DNA of 63,986 bases, counting the filler, from Streblomastix strix (taxonomy: Eukaryota): the NCBI GenBank assembly GCA_008636045.1. It is 3 parts of 3 records of this genome, joined end to end, with 100 filler letters (N's around TTAATTAATTAA, not from the genome) between each part and the next. Parts side by side here need not be neighbours in the genome. Positions count along the whole stretch, not along the records: positions 43,967 to 63,986 come from SNRW01000466.1; 2 more parts are not named here. One strand, 5' to 3'. Shown here piece by piece: positions 53,545 through 63,986 of this stretch. Numbering within the stretch: position 1 is the stretch's first letter; each line of letters begins with the position of its first letter. A program made the position numbers and the translations under genes. The notes under the pieces were generated by a model that saw only the letters and a list, made by a program, of their open reading frames with translations, was not told the DNA's origin and searched no databases.

Positions 53545-53665
53545 TTGAAGCACTGAAATGAGTGACTTTTTAGTGGACCAAGTGGATTGAGTGGACAGCG
53601 TCAAAAATTTCTATAGAAAATAGCTGCTATCCTGCCAATCTGCCAACAAGTGAGAAACATTGATA
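53545..53665 (-). repeat. Conserved intergenic viral element, copy 4
   Basis: Reverse complement TTTCTCACTTGTTGGCAGATTGGCAGGATAGCAGC...GTCCACTCAATCCACTTGGTCCACTAAAAAGTCA, closely matching copy 1. Confidence 0.8.
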
Positions 53666-53679
53666 TTGTGCATGTGCGT

Positions 53680-54469
53680 TTCAGATTATTTTAACAACTG
53701 TTCCATTAACCTCATATTACACCACTAATGCTTATTATTTAGTTAGTCATACGTACTCATACCATATTATTTCTTTATCTGATAGAATAGATGATTAATA
53801 GAAAAATTAAATAAATTTTAATTCGTTAAATGACTCAAAGTGCTATAATGAATCAAGATTTAATTTAATAGCAGCATCTAAACCAATAATATCTTGCAAA
53901 CAAAGAAAATATATTATTCAGGGCTATCCGTTCTTAAATAACTTTTTAAATAGTGGATTATTTTTATTTTTAAATATACTCATTGCATCGTCTAATAAAA
54001 CAGTAATATGAGGACGTTTAATGATAAAATGACTTTCTCCTATTGCTCGAAATACATTGGTTAGTATATGATCTTTTGACTTTTGAGTTAGTTTTTTTTA
54101 TAATTATTTTTCTTATATTTCATAATATGCTTATTTACATACAATTAAATCATTCAATATTTAATCTGCTTCGGTGTATGAAACAATTTTAGTAAAAATT
54201 TTAATTAAATCCTTCATCTTTTTATAAGTGATGTCATTATTTGAGTCGCTGACGTGTAAGAACTGTTTATAACAATGCTTTTTTAATTAGATTAATTTAA
54301 TTAGCTCATTAAAGGCATTATACGTCTTACCACTAACACGCTAAATTATTAATAAATTTACAAAGTTATATGTAAAATTTAATTCCTTATGAAGTATAGC
54401 TTAAATCTCGTGCATATTAACTATTATTTCTTTTAACATGTAATCTACTTTTTGTGTTAATGTCACCAT
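53680..54469 (-). pseudogene. A32-like packaging ATPase, inactivated
   Basis: Homologue of 22005-22789. Walker A decayed to IIQRVSGKT; HITVLLDDAM and YFLCLQDIIGLDA retained; internal TGAs. Confidence 0.85.
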
Positions 54470-54510
54470 TTTTATATAATAAAACATATTTATTATCGGT
54501 AAAAAATAGA

Positions 54511-55610
54511 ATGCAAGAATTAACAGAATAACAAATTCAATAAATATTTAATGCAGAACCAGCAAATGCAAGAAGAGAATTTGAAGAAGAAAGATAATAA
54601 GGCTCAAGTGGTGCAAGTGGTTAAGGTTTTATGGAATTTGATGGTATAGAGGATGATTATGATTATTATGAACCACAACCTGCAAGATAGGACAGAATGA
54701 AATCACGAACAAAACCGTTTGGTAGGCTGCCTTTCCATCCATCCATGATTCAAAGAACATGAAAGCTTGATAGTCCATAATTTAGAGAAGAAACTGGGGA
54801 TGTCCTTGCAACGCTTACTGGTTATTTAAACAGAGATATTAAGAAAATTAATATATTATCGTCTGCCATCAGTGCTTAACAATACATAAATGATAAACAT
54901 TTGGACAAACGATTCAGTATATACGAATAAGACTTAGATGATAATGAAGCAACACCAGATAATGCGGTTGATTATGATAAGAAAAAGAATACAATTTATT
55001 CTGACGATGGTTATACAACAGCTGTAGGATTTGGTGATAAAGACCATTAACATAAGAAAATTTGGAAGAAATAATATTATACTGATGTTAATGATTTAGA
55101 ACAAACAGCATTGGCAGCCAAATTTAAACAATAAGGTATAAAAGATGGTCCTTACATGAAATGGCTATCAATAACTAAGCCATATAAAGTAAAAGAAATA
55201 AAACTACATAGTTTCAGAGTACTCGTCCTCGATACAAAAAAATCATAGACGCTAATGGAGATATATAACTATCAATCGCTACCAAATTTCAAATATTGAT
55301 ATAAGTTCGGAATTCTGTATTTATTACTCCTGCTGTTGAAATATTTGAAAAATAAAACGTGAAAATAGACTTATATAACAGAAATAATGAAACAAATGTA
55401 AAATTCTGAGGTTATGAATTTTTGCCAATTGCTAAAAGAGCGCATAAGAAAGAATTACCCACCGTTATTGCATAACTATATACTGATTTACAGATTGGTA
55501 ATAAGGTTACGTTAGCTCTTGCACAAGCAATATAATATTATGGTAATATTATAGAGTAGAGATAACAATAGATTGGTGGTTATGATTTAGCTAAATACAA
55601 GTTCGTTTGA
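54511..55610 (+). pseudogene. Conserved viral hypothetical protein, divergent from the ATPase
   Basis: Paralogue of 1-1012; EQDLDDNEATPDNAVDYDKKKNTIYSDDG. Confidence 0.7.
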
Positions 55611-55629
55611 AACAAATGATTATTTCTAT

Positions 55630-55780
55630 TAATGTTTTTCATTGTTCGCAGATTGGCAGTCTAGTAGCAGTTTCTGATGAAAGTTTCTGACTCAGAACAC
55701 TCGGAACACTCGGAACATTCAAATGTCATTTACTATCCACATCAATTTGTCGTGCCTTTTTTGACTATTTCAATGAAGAT
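55630..55780 (+). repeat. Conserved intergenic viral element, copy 5
   Basis: CGCAGATTGGCAGTCTAGTAGCAGTTTCTGATGAAAGTTTCTGACTCAGAACACTCGGAACACTCGGAACATTC. Confidence 0.8.
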
Positions 55781-55847
55781 TTATGACTCGATGTCCTCAA
55801 CAATTCTGATTATTAATATAATTATTTTTTATTTATATTTTAAATAA

Positions 55848-58800
55848 ATGATAGATAAATAGGGTAAGACTCGTCAAGAAGACATATGCCTCCGAATACG
55901 TCTCCGAATTTGCTTCCCATTATGCCTACAATCCATGCACTATCAGAACTATAACCACATAATTAATCACGTAATTAATTACCTTACGAATCGCTTAGAT
56001 AAATTCAGTCGTAATTGATGTAAATATAGAATTATATTACGCAAATGCAAGCTCAAAATTACCAGCTATCGACTGAATTATCTCCAGAATTTTCTCCTGA
56101 ACTGCTACCCGAACAACGCGAAGCTCACGATATGCGGGTGAACTATCAACCGAATTTAAGGCACGAAAAACTAACACCAGAAATAATTAGAGAATTAATG
56201 ACTTTATATGACTTTAAAATTTAATAGAAAATAAACATTAATGAGTTGAGGTCATAACTTCAATAATTTTTGATAAAATTGGTTTAAAATACAGTAGAAA
56301 CAATAGAAATATGGTTAGAAAAGCCATATTATAATCAAGACCTTTTGTATAATGAATCAGATAAGATTCTTAATTAGGCATTCAAAAAGAAAAAATAATA
56401 GATAAGGTTTATGCTAAATAATTTGTGCAGGAAAAAGATTATATGTATAATATAAGCATTTATGACGAATAGAGCAAACAGCTCAATTAATATGTTGATA
56501 AATTATAAAATTAAAAATAAACCAAAATTCTTATGAAGTACTCATGAGCGTTTATGAAGAAATAAAAGAATTTAACGATGAGTATAATGATAAGAATTAT
56601 AGGTCAATAAACGTCCAATAGAATTCGATTCTGTTATACATACCACAACTCGAGGAAAAATATGAAAGAAGAATTAGTTTCGAACGTAAAAATATAAAAA
56701 ATTTACACATCAAATATGACCCATTCTATGTTCATACAATCAGCCTTACAAAAAATTTTTACAATAATGATTTGAAAATAATTGAAGTTGTTGACGCTTA
56801 CTAAGTAGAAATATATTATCGTGAATAAAAGTTTGCGTTCAAAATTCCATTAGATTTTGGAGTAATTTTTGAACGAATCAATGGCTAAGAAAAAGAATAA
56901 TAAATAACATATGAAATTAATCATCCTCATGAAGTTAGATCAGAGATGAGAGCACCGACAACAATACGCACTCACTTAGACTTAGCCGATTATAAAAGAT
57001 TCATTAGAAATCACATCATCTTAATGTATGAGAGAACCATAATGGATGTCAAAAAGAAAATAGTAGATATATTTTCAATAATGATTTAAATGTTTCGTCA
57101 TCCACAAGCTGGTGCTGGCGGTCGAACAATGCCTTCTTTAAAGAAGCATATTATGAGGGGTGACATTCGATATATTGACTCTGAGAAAAAAATCAAAATT
57201 TATGTTTCTATCTAGCATATTTAATTATTACAATGCCAGACATCATGGCTGACGTTGCTGCTGACGGTTCTACTACTGATGCAAAGCGTTATAAGGAACA
57301 TTCACGCATTGCTGAAACTTAACGAATATTTTAAAGAATAAATAAAAAAAAATTGATGATAATTATTAAGAATTTAATTTTTCAATAGAAGCAGATTAAT
57401 TTATTTAGATTGAAAATTTAAATATTAATGTGTTTGCTTATTAAACTTCAACGGCTGCATTAACAGAACAATCAGCAAATTCTGGTAGTTACTTTCTATG
57501 GAAATAGTATAGCAAAAATGAATAGAACGAAAAAAACAAAAGAATTAAATGTTCTTTTAATAACCGATACAATTAACGATTAATAAATAGCTCATATTTT
57601 TTTATATAAATAATGTTGATGCACTTACTGGTTTAAAATTTTGTCCTATCTGCGGGGTATAGGCTTATAGGACCAGAGACTCAAATTTATAATCAAAGCT
57701 AAAATGCACATATAAAAATGTTAAAAAATTGGAGGAAAAATAGTAAAAAGGTATATTTAGAAAAATTTCCAAGACCCTACGTTCTTCATATTTTGAATAA
57801 TGTTAGCTACAAGTATCTTCTAGCGTATGTTCGAGAGGATGAATTCAAACCTACTAAATATTATATAACATATGATTTTGAAACCGTTGAAAGAATCGTA
57901 AATGAAAAATTCGGTGTTAATTCAAAATAAAACTCAATTCTTGAACCCCTTTCGATTGCAAGTTCAATAAAAATAAAAAATAAAAACATTAATTAAATTT
58001 ATTCGATTTATTTTGACATACGAAACACTAACTTTATTAACGTATAGATTAAATCTTTGTTTCAGGAAGCAAGAAAAGTGATTGATTAAAACAAATTTGA
58101 AGACGAGACGATACCACAACATTATGAAATGTCAGTAATTGGATTTAATTCTTCAAAGTTTGATGTTGCGTTAATTCTTAAAAAATTATAGAGCGATGAA
58201 TGGCAAATAATTAAATTTCTTGATAGTGGTTCAAACGCTAAACAAATCATCGTTAAATATATCATATCTGGAATCAAATTGCGGTTCATTGATGCGATGA
58301 TTTATTCAACAATAATGAAAATAAAATTATTCAAAAAAAATTTTACGCCTAGTACAGCGTCACCACCACCAGCGAAGCTAATGTTTCCATATGAATTCAT
58401 CAATTACGACAACTTTAATGAAATATTGGCTAATGCTTAGCCATTTCCGATTGAATCATTTAAAATACAATTAAAAATAAAAATATATGTGAAGAGAAAT
58501 ATTAAAATTATTTAGTTGCAACCAATAATAGAATCACTTGTTGGGATTACCTTCGACACTATAACCTTGGAGATACTCGCTTAATGATTCAGCTATTGGA
58601 TTATTTAATTGATATGTTCTTTATTTATAAAATTGATATGTTGCTTTCATGTCGATGTCAGCATGTGTCAATGCTATCAAATATGCTCCTGCTTATAGTA
58701 ACTTCAAATTGGATTATGAATACAGTCCAAAGGACGATTATGACTAGTTCGTTCTCTCATAAAATTATTGGAACATTAAAGTTTAAAATTGTCTGGAATA

Positions 58801-59745
58801 AAATATAAGAAAGAAATAGAGACATAGGTAACAATATCATGGAATATGATTGTGCGTTCTATAGAAAATTATTTCTATCGACAGGATGCCATATTTGTAA
58901 AACACGAATAACAAGTAAAATTTCACTAATATTAGATAGATTCAACAACGACAAAGGTCATTCTGCAGATAATGTGAAACCATCTTGCCTATTCTACTAT
59001 AAATTTAAGTCAAATATAGATGGCAATTTATCACTTTTAATTATATAGTTGAAGAATTTTTGTCTCTTGAAGTCGCTTCAAATTACAATAGCTAATGAAG
59101 AAATTTATAAGATTTTACTTTCTGGAATTACTGGTGGATCATCATAAGTTATGCATAGATATAATGTTGCTGGTGAGACTAAAATAAATTAATAAAAATA
59201 AATTAATGGAAATGTCATTAGTTAGGAAACCGACAACGCTATGATTCATCTTTTAACTTTAGATATCAATTGTTAATATCCATCAGTTATGAGCTCAGAA
59301 CCGCATAAATTCATAAAATATACAAGCAATAGATTGTAAATGGCAGGTTAAATATTAGATATAATTATTGATAAATAAACAGTTAGAAATTTTATTTATA
59401 ATCCAAATAGATTTATTGACGTTAAAAGAATGCTTATTATTTTTCGCAGTAATTAAAGGATACATCGATGAATGATATATTAATGATTTCAATAATTTTC
59501 TTCCGATTTTAAGAAACATTAATATTAAGACCGATAAATAAACGTTAGGTTCATATATGTATAATCTACTACTGAAGAACAACATGTAGCACGACAAAAT
59601 TGAACGAAAATTAATAAATTTATCATCAACGCTTGGGTAGTTCATGTCGTTCAATAATTATTATTTGTGGCTACTCTGTGATGATTTTCATCTCATTATT
59701 GACGATACTTAATGTGTTATAACATTCTGTAAGTACGATAGATGA
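55848..59745 (+). pseudogene. polB: pPolB, same family as 1271-6200, truncated before motif B
   Basis: YYITYDFETVE (~57860), GFNSSKFD, CHIC..LDRFNNDKGHSADNV and LDINCQYPS; collinear with copy A until ~59740. Confidence 0.9.
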
Positions 59746-60003
59746 ACTGCTTATGAAAATAAAAAAAATAATAATTATGCTTCCCATATGATAAAGCAAA
59801 GAAAAAGGTCAAAGGAAATGAAATGATTTCAAAGAAAAATTTATGTATAAAGCTTAATTTCTTCTTGTTAAACTAAAATGTATGAAAATTTTTATAAAAA
59901 ACATTACTTGTTAATTCTATCCTACCTTACTTTTCAATATGAACAATACTAAAATTTATTTTTATAAATAAAAACAAAAATAACAATTGATATTTGTTTT
60001 CAT

Positions 60004-61173
60004 TCAACAACATAATTTTCTAAACTATTTACGAAATCATATGGTGATTATCTTGCATTATTTAGTAACATTCCTTAATTAAATTTATGTGCTTAACTTT
60101 CTCTTATTTTTTCCATATTTTATTCAAATTATTATTCTTATTTGGCTCTTTTCCCAACTCTTTTCTATTATGTGGCTTTAATAGCTGTTTCGGATGGAGC
60201 AGTAAATAGTAATTATCCAATTACATATATACCATCGAGTATATCACCTAATTGCCTATCTAAAATTGCAGCATAACTTAACTAAATCAATCACATCAAC
60301 TAATTGTTACGTTTTTCACTTTATTCTACAAAAAAAATTGATGATATGCTTATTTTATTGCTTTACTCAATTTCTTATATATTGCTAGTGAAGTTGCATC
60401 ACCTCCTATAAAAGATTATGCTTAATATGATTTATCATAATATTACAATACCCATGGAGCATTAACACCTTTCCATATTCTTCTTCCAATGACTGAATAT
60501 ACTTGAGCTACAGTATAACCACGCTCTTTAAGGAATGGAGATAGATAGTGTTTGATGAAATGTCTATATCCATCTGCAGGTTAATCTTTTTCTTTCCAAT
60601 ATTTATAAAGTTTCTCTTAACGTTCTTTTTATTAGTTGCATCATCACCGAAAAATTTTGTTACTCTTTGACGCTAAATTAGAACTGTAATTCTAAGTCCA
60701 TCAGCTGATTGAATAAATCCTCTACCATCACTAACAACAAACTCTGGAAATTTATCACCGTTAATATCTTGATTAGATCCAACTCATTTATTTTATATAG
60801 GATTTTTTCAACTCTTTTTCCACTCTTCAAATTTAGGCTGATTTGACCGCATTTTCATGAATTGAATGTCTTCATTCTTATAAATCAAATCCATTCAAGG
60901 ACGATATGACTATTACCTTGATTTCGCTAGAATATCATTTCTTTTAGTTAATGATTATTCTCTAATCTTTTAGTAATTTTTATTGTCTTTCATCTGTTAA
61001 TTTAATGTAAATTATGGTCCAATTGTCTTTTGATATGCTTCATATGGTAGTATCACTCCCTTATTTCCGTTGTAATCTGTTTCTTAAACTCTTGGTTTAG
61101 TACGGGAAATATATCATAATTAACTTGCAACATTTGATTATGAAGATCCACTTTATTAAGTTTGTTTACTCAT
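60004..61173 (-). pseudogene. Copy of the 22852-24029 hypothetical gene
   Basis: Long near-identical reverse-complement matches; DINGDKFPEFVVSDGRGFIQSADGLRI. Confidence 0.8.
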
Positions 61174-61231
61174 TTAATTTAAGTAAAAAAATAGATACTA
61201 TATGTCAATCATTAGTTTCAACTATAAATAA

Positions 61232-61580
61232 ATGTTAAATCATTCACTAACGCAATATGTATATGAATTACTAGATAGTTAAGTCACTAGTAAACATGAG
61301 ACATAAAGCACAGTTCACAAGGAAATTAACTTTACGTATAATTCTATTAACTTACTTATAGGATAGAGAGGAAGTGATAAGTCATATAACGTATTTAAGG
61401 ATTTAATCAAATTGTGTTAGATTAAGAACTTTTAAACAATATATATGTTACTGATAGCAATAGTGACTATACATATAAGAAAATGAGTGCATTAATCAAT
61501 ATTCCAATAAAGATTGCTACTTATGGTGAAATTGATGGAGTACTTAATGATTTAATTGAGGCAAAAGCAGCTTACTATAT
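61232..61580 (+). pseudogene. 5' fragment of packaging ATPase (22-kb type), truncated
   Basis: MLNHSLTQYV...LLIGQRGSDKS (Walker A G to D). Homology stops at ~61575. Confidence 0.8.
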
Positions 61581-61584
61581 AAAA

Positions 61585-63260
61585 ATTAAGTAATTACTAA
61601 CAAATTGGCTTGCATAAGACTCGCTATAATTGATATTTTAGGATAAATGAAGTTAATAAATGGTTTGCAGTAATGAATGCGCAATTCGAGAGATTATTCA
61701 TTGAAAACGCGAATAATTCATTTTATCAGTAAAAAAGGAATTACAAGTCGCAGAAATATATATATTAAACTAAAATAATAAATTACTAATAATTGTTTAA
61801 TAATTGATCAGAACTGCATACAAGCATACTTCCACAACGCGTTCAATAACAAATGGAACAAAGTCAAATTATACATCTTTCCAAAAATATCTGTATTTAA
61901 TTGAATTCTATAAAAAATGAAATAATATAAAACACAAGGAATAATTTAGCACCGATTTGGCAGTGACAATCATGATACCTGAAACAACTGAATTTATTCA
62001 TCAAATTCTTTTTCCTTGGAATAACTGTGAAATTCTGGAGAGATGACTGAGAGTGATGGACATGGATCAAAAACTTCCTTCAAATAATGTGTGTGCGTTC
62101 TTTTTGGACCTGTTGTTGACACAGGAAGATATTTGCTAATGATATGTAAGAAAATGAGAGGTTTTTCATAAGTTAGAACTAATCTCTTATTTAGTGATCA
62201 AAGATTGAACTCAATTATTAGAAATTTTTATTCTTTGACCCTATAAAAAAATTGGTTAGACACATAAATATGAACAGCAGAAAAAATTGATGAAAAGAGA
62301 TGCTGATGTAATATTAATAGAAGTAATTGCATTCTACACGAAATAAAACAACTCAGTTGCATAAACAAACTAATATACGTTTGACTAACTACAATACAAT
62401 CCCTCATATATAGTTAGAACCTAGCAATGTATACGGCTTCAATACTGATTATCAACGCATTAACAAATGCAATAATCCCTCACAGAAGACACTAAAATAT
62501 TTTGAACATCTGAATACTATTCAACCATTGGAATTATTCAAAACAAAACAAATACTTATATAACTTTGACTAACTAGTTAAGATTGTTTCCTTTCTGAAA
62601 TCATAATGCTTCTTCAGACCAAATTAAATAGCTGAAATAAGACTAAAATTCTCAAATGTTAACAAAACAGAGAATCAAACATCACTATGATTAGCACCAA
62701 AACAAGAAAATGCAATAGAAACATACGAAATATATGAAATTGAATATGAGAAACTAAGTCCAAAACTGGCAATATACGAATGGATTGATAGATTATAGAA
62801 ATAATTTCCAAAGAGCACTTATTTTTATTGTGAATTAAAGGTTTTAATAAATCAATAGTTACAAAAGACTCCAATATTCAACTAACAAAACTTTTAAGAG
62901 AACTGAAGATAATAGGAGTATTTGCATATTCAAAATGACACTCAGCAACAAAAGAACTTGCAAAGCTAGGTATCCCTGAAAGAGATCTCGCTATCTTTAC
63001 GCATCTCTCATAAAACTCACACACCGTCTAACAATACTACATTTTCCCACATTAAGCAAGATATATTTAAATATCTAGGTAATTAACAGGTAATGCAAGC
63101 CAAGATAATGAAAGGTTAAACTTACCATTTCAATAAAAAGGTGAGATAATGGGCGACGGAGGTAACTAATTATTATCCTCGTCTCTATTGGAGACAAGGT
63201 TATGATTTGTTATTCTCTTATCTCCTTATTCCACCTCTCGCCCACCCAAAATATGTAACG
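61585..63260 (+). mobile_element. DIRS-like tyrosine-recombinase retrotransposon relic (MT-like plus YR region)
   Basis: LYIFPK..LAPIW (DIRS methyltransferase-like region, ~61870-61965) and AYSK*HSATKELAKLGI..FTHLSQNSHTVQQYY (YR boxes, ~62920-63045); many stops. Confidence 0.7.
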
Positions 63261-63866
63261 CAACCTGAGATGATCCAAAAATAAGGAGATAATTCCCTAT
63301 GGAACAGTAATATTGAACATGCGGAACGACGCAGAAGATGAGGTTGAGCTCATGGAATGATTATGACGAGAATAGGACTTTATTCTGTCAAAGTAAGATA
63401 AGGTTTATATAGCATATTATCGATAAAGAGAAGTTGTCAACGAATCGCTTCGACGAATATGAAGAAAAAATAGACGAATGAGTAAAATTAAACCAATATC
63501 ACAAGAATAATTAGTCGAATAATGAATTGCCAACGCATCAAATAAAATATTTAAATAGTTTAACTGAAATATTTTATAAATTCCATTATTATGTGAGGTT
63601 TTTCTTTGAGATCCTGCATTTTCTTTTCCTGACGAGTGCTGTCGTACTTTAAATTTATCATTGTTATTAGAGTTTTTGTTTTTATTAGTATATTTTCCAT
63701 GGGGAAAAGTTTTTTCAAACAAATTTTTTTTTACTTTATATTTAGTTTTTTTAAAAATTTTATTAATTTTATGTATATTTAACTATGTGTTTTAATAATG
63801 TTAATCAATACTTTTCCCAGAGGGTTCTAATTATTTAATTTTTATCCACTCTGACTATAATTTTTT

Positions 63867-63986
63867 TATATTTCGTATGTTTCTATTGCATTTTCTTGTT
63901 TTGGTGCTAATCATAGTGATGTTTGATTCTCTGTTTTGTTAACATTTGAGAATTTTAGTCTTATTTCAGCTATTTAATTTGGTCTG
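63867..63986 (-). repeat. Exact inverted duplicate of 62615-62734
   Basis: 120-nt perfect reverse complement running to the window end. Confidence 0.9.

Overview
This is a very AT-rich eukaryotic window in which TAA/TAG read as Gln and only TGA terminates. The supplied standard-code ORF track therefore breaks real genes into fragments. An oxymonad such as Streblomastix is my best guess for the host (inference from the code, a short GT-AG intron and the gene families). Two 100-nt artificial spacers (N-TTAATTAATTAA-N at 21893-21992 and 43867-43966) split the window into three unlinked contigs. All three carry endogenous Polinton/Maverick-like DNA viruses from several lineages. Together they encode 4 protein-primed PolB genes (vOTU-like, exonuclease, HNH insert, polymerase), 2 retroviral-like integrases, 4 A32-like packaging ATPase loci, a probable double-jelly-roll major capsid gene, a probable minor capsid gene and 2 KilA-N genes. 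Two AGTAGT-type termini are visible (8720 and 27769). The best-preserved element (27769 to >43866) also encodes a bacteriophage-type tail-fibre protein with RxDHxH repeats, a small amphipathic MG-start protein resembling adenovirus pVI, and a Pol III A/B-box tRNA-like unit. A ~50-150 nt non-coding element recurs five times between viral genes. Host and other TE content: a >2,800-codon secreted GGA-repeat (Pmp-like) protein, a mariner relic, a MITE-like foldback element and a DIRS-like retrotransposon relic. All translations were done by eye, so the boundaries of degraded genes are approximate.
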